The position numbers and the translations under genes were made by a program. Below, piece after piece: positions 13,559 to 25,400 of a stretch of DNA of 64,000 nucleotides. The number at the start of each line of letters is the position of its first letter. The first letter of the stretch is position 1. This DNA comes from Geosiphon pyriformis uo1 (taxonomy: Eukaryota > Fungi > Glomeromycota). The notes beneath the pieces were generated by a model that worked only from the letters and a program-made list of their open reading frames with translations, searched no databases and had not been told where the DNA came from. The stretch lies in contig JAAOMT010000028.1 in NCBI GenBank assembly GCA_016748015.1, positions 1 to 64,000 of the forward strand, given 5' to 3'.

Positions 13559-14482
13559 ATGTTTGAAGAAGAACTCGGTTTTCTTCGTCGAATGACGAAA
13601 CGACAGGTAGATCAACACCTAATACCCTCTCTAACTCTCCCTAACATACTGCTTTTTAACCATGATCTAAAGCCCATCAAATAAAAGACAAACCAATTTA
13701 TTCAAATAAAATAATGCACTAACAAACTCCGGTGCTTATTTTTTCAAATGGATTAAAGCTTGCTACGCAAATTCTTAATTTTGTAATGATAATTTCGTCC
13801 GCGTTAATGGTATGGAAAGGATTAGCATTGTATACGAATAGTGAGAGTCCTATCGTAGTTGTATTGAGGTAATTTTAAAAAATTGAGAGTTTGAAATTGA
13901 GTTTGATGAATTCAATTTTTTGAACGTTAACGTAATTTATTTTATAGTGGCAGTATGGAACCCGCGTTTTATCGTGGTGATCTTTTGTTTCTAGGTATGC
14001 CTGACGAACCGGTACGTGTTGGTGACATATGTGTGTTCAAAATTCCGGGTAGAGAAGTGCCGATCGTGCATCGTGTCATAAAGTTACATGATGAGTAAGT
14101 TCCTTTATCATTTTTTTTGATCCCAGATATACAAAGAAATTTATTTATTTTTATTTTTAAGACGTGATACAGGGAAACAATTTATTCTGACAAAAGGTGA
14201 TAACAATCAAGTAGATGATCGAGGATTATACAATCCAGGACAACTTTGGATTCATAAAGAGGATATCGTAGGGAAAGTTAGCGGGTAAATGAATATGTTT
14301 TTAAGTGAATTTTGTATTTAATCATGATAAAACTTCTAAGATAATCTCGAATGTTCCCCTGAAATTTCAATAGATTCTTGCCATATGTAGGAATGGTTAC
14401 GATACTCATGAACGATTATCCACAACTGAAATGGGTCTTGATTGGAGGTTTGGGATTATGGGTTTTGGTTAATAGGGAATGA
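13559..14482 (+). CDS. SEC11: Signal peptidase complex catalytic subunit SEC11, 5 exons
   Basis: Spliced translation [16 protein letters not shown]|LATQILNF...[10 protein letters not shown]|[15 protein letters not shown]...PIVHRV|...[15 protein letters not shown]|...[16 protein letters not shown]; Ser/His/Asp catalytic motifs present. Not in the ORF track. Confidence 0.96.
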
Positions 14483-14727
14483 AATCGGCCAATTTCATTG
14501 GTGAAGTTTCCAAAGTATTGGATGAAATTTGTCGCAATTTTGAAATTGGGAAATCCAAAAGAAATTCTGTAATTATTGTGCATTTTTGAAATAGAATTTT
14601 TGATACTATTTGATTTTAAACACAAAAACTTTAAAAACTATTATCATTGATAAAGATCAGGGGACCGTTCAAAGGGAAACTTGGAGCTCTTAAAACTAAT
14701 AATATATTGTGAAATTTTCATGTTTCA

Positions 14728-15301
14728 TTATTGTTTATTAGAAGTATAGACCTCGTCAATAAATCTTGCAAGATCAATATCTCGCTCTGAAAGCCCATTA
14801 CACGAGTGAGTGGAAAGTGTAATTTCAACGCGATTATAGACCTGAAAATTCGAAGATAACAAAATTGGCTTAAACCAGTTTTTTCGATTTTTTCTAAACG
14901 AGTCAAGTTTTCTTACATTGAACCATTCTGGGTGGTGATCGACCTAAAATGAAAGAAAATTCATATTTAATAGCGATGCGGAAACGAAGAAAAAACTAAA
15001 ACAGAGATACTTTGTCAGCTCTCAGCGCAATCCTAGTCATAAACGCAAAGGCTTCTCCAAAATCTTGGAACAAAAAAGTTTTATTTATCGCGTCTCTATT
15101 CTCGATTAGCTTCCAAGAGGTCTCTTGTAAAGGTTCAAGGTGAAGTTCACGTTCTTTTGTTGTTAACTTTTGGGTCATTTTGTGTCTTAGGGTTGTTCTT
15201 GAACTAGTGGTAAAGTGGAGCCGAGAAAAGAATAATAAATTTGATGATTTCTTGTTTGAAGAAACGATTAAGTGAAACTTTGAGTGTCTAAGTTGATTCA
15301 T
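14728..15301 (-). CDS. PCBD: Pterin-4-alpha-carbinolamine dehydratase with a probable mitochondrial presequence, 3 exons
   Basis: [24 protein letters not shown]|VDHHPEWFN|[29 protein letters not shown]; the N-terminus is Ser/Arg/Lys-rich and lacks acidic residues. Confidence 0.94.
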
Positions 15302-15653
15302 TTCTATTTATGGAAATAGCAATTTTAGTACAGGTAAATGATCGAAGCAACAACCTTTTGTAGCCAAATGATCGTGGGTATTCAAGGAGTTCATGGTTTG
15401 ACTTAAAAGCTAAACTATAATAAAATTTAAGAAAGGTTTATTCTCAAATTCAGGAATTTTATGGTGTTCGAGAACAGTAAGTATTTTTCAAAATAGATAG
15501 TCAATAGCCCAAATTCACATGGTAGATAGAATCGCCTTCTCTTTAAAATTCACTTTTCAACCCAAACCTTCGTGACAAGTGCTCTTATCTGAAGAAAGTT
15601 ACCTTTTATAAATCGTTACCTTCAAACGACTTTTTTAAGATATAACAGTCACC

Positions 15654-16924
15654 ATGATAGACTCACCATTTCTCAAAAGTCAAAGCTGGAACGTATTATC
15701 TAGACACTCTCCATTTCCCCCAAGTTTAGGCTCTTATTCCGAGTGGAATGTGTCAACTTTTGACCCACTTATTTTCATTTACTTTTCAATAGCGTTTATT
15801 ATAATACCATACCCGTTGTACCGTTTTTTCGCTGGTGTTTTATCTTGGGAACGTACTTTAAAAACACCGGCAAAACATTTTGGTGATGTTATGGCTTTGT
15901 TTCGGTACGGGTTTATCGTGTTTGTGTTAGGCGGGTATTCGAAAACTTTCGAGTAAGTCCAATGAATTGGTTAGTTAAGCGAAAGAGGAATAAAAGTTTT
16001 AGCAGCAACATAGAGGATTAATTCATCATATTTGATGTCTCTAGCTTGATCACCATAATATCTTTCTATGTTGCAATTTTCGCATATGCCCGAATTGCGG
16101 AGATTCCGTTTACACAAACCTCTCTACCATGCTGGCGAACCTGGGCTTTAGCAATGTGGATATTATTCATTGCGGCACTTGCAATAATTCTCGGATTTGC
16201 CGCATATCATATATACCTTGCTTTTATAGCTGAGGAAATAAAAAATACCAAAACTAATGGAGAATTTGCTGCGTGGTATCTATGCTGCTTGTCAATACCT
16301 ATTATCTTAATCTTAGTTGCATTATCATTTCAAAAAGAACAAAATGAAGCAATTTTGAAAGACTCCTGGATTAATATAAAGCTTCTATGGAGTCAATGTG
16401 GAAAAAAGGAAAATAGTCAAGGTAGCGGTGGTAGTGGTAGTGGTAGTGGTGGTATTACTGGTGGGAATGTATCTTCTTCAGAAGAAAATTTACGACCAAT
16501 CGTAGTAAGTTCAGAAACACCCGTGCATACATTGGATGGTGAAGCAAATGCGATAATATGTGCGAATTATGGTGCTCTCACTAGCGATCCAGCTGAAATC
16601 CCTATTATTCCACCAATCCCCCAAGAAACAAGAAAAAAAGTTAGAATACATTTACATCATTGGCAAATTTTTTATGTCTTGGCTTTCTTTACCCGTTTCG
16701 AAGATCTGTTATCTCGTATCGCTAGCGGAATTGTATTAGGCATTTATACCCAGGGAATTGCTGCGTGAGTATTGAGGAATATAATGACATTAGATTTTTG
16801 AATTTTAATTGCCAATGACGTATGGTAGAAACTGAACTTTTGAATTATTAGGTATGGGCCAGATAGTTTCCTAGAAGAGTACACGGATGATAGAGTGGGA
16901 ATTTTCATGCGGATAAATGATTAG
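15654..16924 (+). CDS. Unknown multi-pass membrane protein with an HLHHW motif, 3 exons (15654-~15952, ~16046-16764, 16852-16924)
   Basis: Several hydrophobic helices, a Gly/Ser linker, C-terminal RIHLHHWQIFYVLAFFTRF...QGIAAYGPD; GT-AG introns; CpG retained as in the neighbouring host genes. Confidence 0.8.
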
Positions 16925-17937
16925 AATGATGAGTTGACTTCACCATAACTCTTACAAGATCAAAATTTTCTTGAATAAGTATTAAAACAGAGCAACTCTG
17001 CACTGAAAGTATACTCCAAAGATAAATATAAAGTTTGAAATGAGGTGAAGGAGATGCTACTCTGGTCATGTGTAAGCCTTGAATGAAGATATTAAAGAAA
17101 TAGAGTGGGTGCTTTTGTTTAAGGTTTACAGGCAATAGAAAAAAGCCAGTAAATAAGTAAGGAATAGGTGGGTAGTATCAAGAGTAAAAAAATGCTCAAA
17201 CTCACAATTTTCATAACAATATCGTTAATCTTAAATTGAATTTTTTTCAATTTGGCTAAATGCCAGTATATGTAATCAATTAATCATACAAATATCGTAA
17301 AATAATAATGTATAAATAAAAAATTATCAAAGTTTGATTAAAAATAATTTTTAATTATTTAAAATAATATAAAACATATATGTACACAACATACTGTATA
17401 ATATTGCTATAATTATTAATTTTGTTACTAATTTGGCCATTAATTTCTTTTAATAGCTTATAAACAATGTCTTCTTCAATTATAGAAAATATTTTATTAT
17501 TACTTAAATTATTACTTACAAAATCAATTTTCAATATTTTTTTACTTTCAAGTATTTAAATATTGGCAAACCTATGTATCTATTTTTTATTTGTTAAAAT
17601 TTTTTTTTATATTAAATAAAAGATATAATTAAAAAATACAACAATATTTGTTATTTATTTTAAGAATTATTAAATAAAACATAAAATAATATTAGCTGTA
17701 TTATATTGTTACCAATAATAACTTATTTTTTATCTTTAATTATTTTTTTTGAAAAAATTAGAACTGTAATTTTAATATTAATCACTTTTCATAAAACTTC
17801 TTTCTCTCCTTCATCTAAAATTCCCAAAAAAGAGTCAAAGTTTTTTAAAAAAGAAGTTTTTTTTCACAATTCAGTATGATAAATCCAAATCCTTTATTCT
17901 TGACTATGAAGCCACTGTTGGCTGTAGTATTGCTGTT

Positions 17938-19742
17938 ATGAAGAAGACTGCTAAAGTTTCTGGTTCTAATGATGGCTTCAAATCTGTTCTTCCAAGGAAG
18001 AAAAGGAAAGATGATGCTTTAAAAGATAGTTCCAGTGGTAAGATTGTTGGTTCTAAGATTCAGAATAGTCGTTCATGGAGTTCAGAGACTGGTGACACCA
18101 CTAAGTCTGATAGCATTGACATGGAGAAAAAATGTCTGGTGGAAGAAACTAGTTTCCAGCAAAAAAGTGGAAAAAAGTCTGATGGTATTAATATTGATAT
18201 GATGCCTAAAGATTCCAAAAGAGTTGTTATCAAGCATACTCTTGGAAAGCCTCTTGGCACTATTAACTTCGGCATGGATAATGATAATAATGATGATATT
18301 TTGGATGGGTCACTTTTTTTCCCTCCCCCTCTCTCTTTCAAACATATGGTGCAGGTTTCAGTCAGGAAATCTTTTACTCTGGATATTAATCTTGGGATGG
18401 TGACTGGCAAGTTGTCTCAGAAAAAGTTAGCTTATGTCAAAAAATTTTTTCTGGTGTAAATGGTTTTGGGGGGACCTCTACCCCCTCAAAATTTGGTGGA
18501 ATAATTCAGGCTTCTTTTACTTCTAATAAGCCAATGATGGCTGCAGCAAAATTAGCAAATGATTATAGTGTTGTGGTAAACACCAATCTTAAGCACCCTA
18601 ACAACAATCATATGAATCAGGCAATTGTGTTGAAAGAAATTCCAGTGAGAACATCTGTGGAGACTGTGTGCATGACTGTGTCTGAATTTGGGGTAATTAA
18701 AATAATCAAAATGCAACTGGTAGGTTTGTGGCAGAAAGCAATCATTGAATTGGAAGATTAGAATTAGGCTGATCTATTAGCTGCCAAATCATCCATCCTA
18801 ATTGGAAAAGATGTGGTACGAGTGGCCAGAGCTGACATTGACAAACAATCATGAGATGCTCAAGATAGTTTCAGAGCTTTGCTGTATACTCTCCCCATAG
18901 GAACTACTGCTCATGATTTGTGAGATTTTATTGGTTCTGTTGGTGGGAAGATCTGCTTCATTGATCATAATTCTGTCAATTATTTTCATGCCCACTGTGC
19001 TACTGTGTGCTTTAACTCTGAGTCAGATTTGGTTGGTGCTATGACAGTAACCCCAGTTATAAAGGGTGTTAGTCTTTGCTGGTCTCATCTCTCTTAAGCT
19101 TTATGTGCAGTTTGCAAAGGTTTTGGTCATATATCTCTTAGTTGTCAGTCAGTTAAGAATGCTGTGGCTCCAGGTGGCAGAAAAGCTCCTCTTTCAGCTC
19201 AAGACCAGTTCAGGTTGGCTAGAATTTATGCGAAAAAGTCTGCACCTATTTCTTGTTCTTTGGCTTTTGGTAGTAAAACTTGGGCATTAGTGGTTAGTGC
19301 TCCTCCTGTGCACACTTCTCATGATGCTGGTATGTCTCTTGGTTTCAATAAAATTAGTGAACCCCTTTCTCTGGTTGTAGACAACTTGGAATCATGTTTG
19401 GTTGGTATTGAAAACAGTCTTGTTAGTCTCATAGAACAGATTAGTGAGTTGGCTAAAAGATTGGAATCACTCATGCTGGCAGTTTCTCAGTCTAGTCCTG
19501 GATGTTAGCTGCTGGTGGCCCCCCCATTACAGAATCAAGGAGAGGATATAGTGATGGGAATGGGTTTGAGTGAAGCCACTAGTGATAAAATTGTTCTGAT
19601 TGTGGACTTGACAGCATCTTTTTATGTTGTTAAACTGGAAAAAATGTTGGATGGTCTTTTTAGGTCTGTGTTAAGCTTGTCTGCTTGCTTCAATAGTTTG
19701 GCTTTGGCTGATGGTGCCACTTTCCTAACTTCTTCTCAATGA
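17938..19742 (+). pseudogene. LINE B ORF1, degenerate
   Basis: AIVLKEIPVRTSVETV...SEFGVIKIIKMQLVGLWQKAIIE; CAVCKGFGHISLSC knuckle ~19105-19145; ends SSQ-TGA overlapping the ORF2 ATG. Confidence 0.85.
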
Positions 19743-21570
19743 GTGATCTTGTGTGAAGAATTACTACATGCAATATTAGAGGTATGAATATTCCTGCAAA
19801 ACAGAATAATATTGTATAATGGCATAAAAATATAGACAATTTGGTTTCGATTTTCATGAAAACAAAGTTAAGAAATAAGACTCGTCCTTGATTGGTTGAC
19901 AAATTTGATAATGTTTGCATGTTTTCTTTTGGTTTGGACTCTGGCTATGTGGGTGCTGGTATTGTGATTTTTATAAACAAATTCTTGACTAGACATGTGT
20001 ATAAAGTTTCTGAGGTTCTAAGTTATCTTCTCTGCATTAGGTTACTTTTCAAAAATAAACTTTCAATTTCGATTTTGGGGCTGTATGCTGGTGCCTTCTT
20101 GGCTACTCAATTTTCCCAGGCTGATAAGATCAATTTTTTGATTGTAAGAGCTATAAATGAATCTTCTTTTGTCATTCTTGGTAGTAACTTCAACAAAGAT
20201 GGTTCTTATAAGTGCATTAGTTTTAAAAAATGCCATAATTTGGGTTTGATTAATTCTTTGGGTGGGAGCTTCTTTGCTAAGACACCAACTTAGAGCAATT
20301 CTCAGAATGTTGCCAAGACAATTGATTATGTGTTTGTTTTCTCAAATCTGGTGAATGTAATAATGCAGTGCAATGTTTTCATTGTCAGTGAACATTTTGA
20401 TATGGATTACAAAGCTGTTTCTGTTTCTTTGGGTTTAGGTGGCCTTTTAGATGTGAGATTAAACTCTTTCTGCAAATAGGCAAATAAGGATCAATGGAAG
20501 TTCAATTTTAAGAGTGCTGATGAGATTAAATGGAATAATTTTAAAAGTTCTACACTAGCTAATGCTACAATGTTCTCAGATGAATTCACTGCATCTGTAA
20601 AGTTTTCGGATTTGGATGCTATATAGTGTGTTGTGTGCAAAGTTATAACTCTTTTGGTTAATGAAATTTTCAAAAAAAAGTGGTTCAGAAGGTTTAATAA
20701 AGTTTTTACCAAAGATTCTTCAAAGTTTCATAAATTGAAGCTTTTGGTTTCTAGGATTGTTAAGGCTTTACGTAAAGAAAATGCTGAAAACTTTGTTTAT
20801 TTTATGAAATATTGGAGTTCTGTGGATGATGTCAAGTTTTCTGTTGTTCAAAATCTGGTGGACTCTGGTGCTGGTTCTAATTGTGTTCATTTTGCTCTTT
20901 TTGGTGCTAAGAAGTCTTATCATGCTTTCAAACTCACTAAATCTCTAAGAGCTAAGGAAGCAAACATCAGATCTGCCATTAATAGGAGGATGGAGAGCTT
21001 TGAGATCAACAAGGGTCATATGATCAGAAGTGTGCTAGAGTGTCCTTTTCATAAAGTAATGCTGGACCATTTGGTGGTTAATAATAATCTGGTTTTGGAG
21101 TCTGATTTGGTTAAGTCTAAAGTGGATGTAATCATAAAGAGATAGACCAAAAAGTGTCATGTGGCTGATGATATCTCAATTGATTGGCACCATCAATATC
21201 AATCTTTGGAATATGTTTTTGATAAGGCCTTTTCTGGTGTAATATGCCCAATTGGTTTTGATAAATTCTTTGAGGTGGTTTCTGAATTGCCTAATGACAA
21301 AGCTGCTGGTTTGTCTGATATCTCAAACAAACTTTGGAAACATTGTGATAAATCTGTTCTGGATATGCTGTTGGTGATTTTGAACTTTTGTTTGTCTGGT
21401 GAATTGGTGTCTGGCCCTTGAAAAGAGGCCTGGGTCTTGATAATTCCTAAACCATATGAATGGAAGGGTGTTTTGACCAATACTTGTCCTATTGCTTTAA
21501 TCAAAATGGCTTGTAAGATTCTTTCTGACAGGATATTCTTGATATGTAGTGCTTTTGATGTCCTTTATGG
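19739..21570 (+). pseudogene. LINE B ORF2 part 1 (APE endonuclease to RT N-terminus)
   Basis: MSDLV*RITTCNIRGMN, FMKTKL, ILGSNFN, TIDYVFV, KAAGLSDI, TNTCPIALI. Confidence 0.9.
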
Positions 21571-22421
21571 TGTTACTCATAGAATATAAGAAATATAGTA
21601 TTATTAATTAATAGAGATTAGCCAATCAGATGTAGACGTAGTAAATGTGAAATTCCAAGATTTCTCTTAGAGGAATTGCAGAATTCCAGGAATTTCAGGA
21701 TTCTCTAACAAAAAATCGCAGAATTCCAGAATTCCAAGATTCCTCTCATCAGGAATCACAGGATTCCAGGAATTCCAGGATTTCTGTCACAAGGAATTGA
21801 GGAATTGAGGAATCTCAAATAGGTATATATAGCAATAGCATTAGAAGCAGAAAAAAGAGGAGAAGAACATTAAGAAATTTTAGCTTAGTTATCACAATTC
21901 TCAAATAAATAATTATTCACTTTATCAAATTCATTCTTTACTATCAACATGAAGTGTTGATAGTAACTGATACTTAACCATACTGGAACAATAGCTCTTA
22001 ATCATGGCTATTGATGGGATACTAACTTGCAAATTGTCTTGGCTGATTTCTTATTTTCTTTTTTATCTTTCTTTATTTTCTTTGTTGTCTACTAACTTGA
22101 TTAAAGAATTTACTCTTGGAGGACTTATGGAGGAATAAACTTGCTTAAACAATACTTACTCTTGGAGGACTTACGGAGGAACTGACATCAGGAAACAGTA
22201 CTGGTATACACTTATGAAAAATATCATACCAGGAGAATCATCAACTCTCAAGCTGAACAAGCAATTGAGGAAACTACTGATAAACTGTTATCATTGAATC
22301 TCTGTCCATTATACAAAGAACTCAATTGAAAAACCTTCAGATTATCATTGTCACCAATCACTTTGTGCACCAAGTTATGGGTTTGTTACTTATTTGACAC
22401 CCCAAAGATTCATCTGTAACA
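21571..22421 (+). repeat. E1 5' LTR (851 bp)
   Basis: TGTTAC...GTAACA termini; CCAAT box ~21622, GGAATTCC-type tandem array, TATATATA ~21824. Confidence 0.95.
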
Positions 22422-22483
22422 TTTGGTGCTCCCTATAAGATATAATCTTACAGAGAACTAGCACCAACAAAAACAAACCAAAA

Positions 22484-25400
22484 GTGGCAAAATCAGAAAA
22501 TATAGGAGCAAATCATTTAGGATTCGCAAAATCCTTATTTCAACAATACAGCCAATAATTAGGATTAAACAGTAATCATTACCCAGCCAAATCAGCTTTT
22601 AACTTCTATGTCAACGACAAAATTACTGAATGCTTAGAAGAAACAGTTAACATTGAAGCAGCAAGAGAAAACTTTTACACAGAATTATTCCAACACACCA
22701 ACTTACCAAGAAACTATAGTTTCACACTAATAATCAGAGAAATCAACCAAACTATTGAAAGATACACTCAACAACAATTTTTTATCACCTACGCAGATAA
22801 AGGCAAAGAAAGGTTACAAATACTAGCAGTAATGCCTAAAAAGATACAACTACCAACCTGAAAGAAACAAAGAATTGAATTCCCACCATATTTATCATAT
22901 CATCACACACTTGGAAGCACTATCAATATTTCATCTGCAGGCATGTCCACACCAAACGCAACATCAACATTTGGACAATTCATATTCCAAAGTAAACAAA
23001 GAAAAACAGAGTTATTAGGACCATATGGAGAATATTTTGAGAGATTTAAATCACAATCACCAACGCCATTAGGAATTTGATCACCACTATCTCTACCAGA
23101 TTTTGGAATCTCTGATCCATGGGAGGTAATGGAATCAGAAAAAGAAGAAGAAGAAGAAACTGAGGATCAAAAATTCACTTACCAGAACCTGATCACTGAA
23201 AACCCGGAATTTGAAACCCCGAATCTTCAGAACCAGCAAAATTTAAATTTAGTAAATTCAGAAGTTGAAACTCTGAATATTCAGACACCACCAACTCAGG
23301 ATAATCAAAACCCCAATCTAATTAATCAACCAAACTTACCTCCAGTAATTATTATCAATCAATCACTAATTGATATAATAGCTGAACCCATACAGCAGCC
23401 ACTTCAACTGCCACCTTAACAAAATCAACAACTGCTTCAACAGCCACCACAACCACCCAACTTAGATCCAATGGCCTATGCACCAATCACAAAACTGGAT
23501 AATTTTACCAGCAAAGAAGACGACACTCAAGTATGGCTAAATGATGTGAAAAAAGCCATCATAGTCAACGGATGGAATGACACCCAAGCAATGTAAGCCA
23601 TTCCCTATTTTCTCAAAGATACTGCTGATTTATGGTATCAGAGCTTGATCAATAAACCACAAGACTTCAATGTCTTCAAAGTGGAATTTTTAAGATACTT
23701 CAGCAACAATAACAGTATCAACCGCCTAGTTAATATATTCACTACCATGAAGCAAGGAGAAACTGAAGCAATTACCACTTATCTGGGATGCTTTCATAGA
23801 AATCTGCACCAAATCCAGGCAATTAACGTCAACTATTTTACAGCACCACAGATCCTCAACCAGTTTATCCATGGCCTGCACAACAGCATCTTGCAACATG
23901 TATGCCTATTGCATCCAGGCACCCTTCAAGATGCAGTTACACATGCCAGAGATTTCGAATTAGTTGAGTCTGAGACCAACCATGCCCAAGCCATTAATCT
24001 AGTGATGAACAGATCATTTGAATTGGACTCCAAATTGAAACAATTTAGTGATTCAATTAATCAGAAATTAGAAGGATACTTAACTGACAATTGCACAATT
24101 TATCAACCACCTCAACAATACAGCAATTCAAGAAACTACAATTGTTCCCAAAATCAAGCACATCTCTTAATATTGGCCAATCAGCAGTGGCAGCCAGAGA
24201 CGCATGTCTGCCACAACTATAGTAAACAAGAGCACATCAGAGCAAACTACAATGCTTATAACCACTAGTGATCAGGAAATCAATATAGAAACTCCGATCG
24301 CCAATTTCAAACTTTGAGATATCAACAAAATCAGGAACAATATCAAAACACTTACCTGTCAATGACGCAGCAGCCAATTTACCAAGCACCAGTATATCAG
24401 ACTCCAGTTTATCAACCATAGCCACCAGCAATATATCAACTACAGCCACCCATAATATATCAACTGCAGCCACAAGTAATCTATCAACCCCAATCAATTC
24501 AGACACCACCCCAAAATTCAGTTAATACAACATCAGACCACCCCAGACTTAGAATCACACAAAACTGAAGATCAGCAATGGTTGTCCATCAACTGATCCC
24601 CAGTTCTTCCAACTCACCATCAGGATTGCATTTGTGGAATTCGGGTACTAGTGCCACCCAAAATCCGAATTCCCAGAACTATTTAAGTCTACTGATTACT
24701 CCAGAAGACACCACCACCAACAATTTAGAATCCAACCAACAACAAACACTTACCAACAACATTCCACCAGCAACTGTTACCAATGACAAATTGCTTGCAG
24801 CCATCTTTCTCTTCGACTTGAAAGAAATGATCAAAATTTTATTATTCAGTGGAGCAGCTCTGGAAAAGAAGCCAATTACCACCATGTATACAGATGCCAA
24901 AATTGATGGCCATGCCATCAAACTGATCTTGGATAGTGGATTAGCTGGCAGCATCATAACAAGACAACTCATGGATCAATTAGGTTGCTGAGTTGACCAA
25001 GCTGCCAGTGCAAGGATCATCACAGCTGATAGAGCAATCAAAACTCCAATAGGCAAAATAGACAACCTACCTATTGAAATTAACAGCATCATGGTACCCA
25101 TTAAAGTTCTTGTGATGGAAGCCACTCAGTATCAAGCTCTTGTTGGAAATGATTGGCTATCCAAAACAAACACCATACTCGATTGAACGATGCAAGAGCT
25201 CCAACTGAGCCAAAACAGTCAACATACTTAAGCACCAGCAGTATGCAGCCACTTTAAACCAACCAATTTGCAACCACTAATCAAACTTGAGGAGGAAACA
25301 AAGAAACCAACATAGGAAGCATATTAGGTTTCATGGGCCGACATCGACCACAATGAACTGCTGCCCATACTTGTCTGGGATGAAGATGACCATGGAAAAG

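Noticed and set aside
21645-21820. Short palindromic repeats suggestive of a CRISPR array
   Set aside because: Units are 8-9 nt with no unique spacers, lie inside eukaryotic LTRs, and no cas genes are present.
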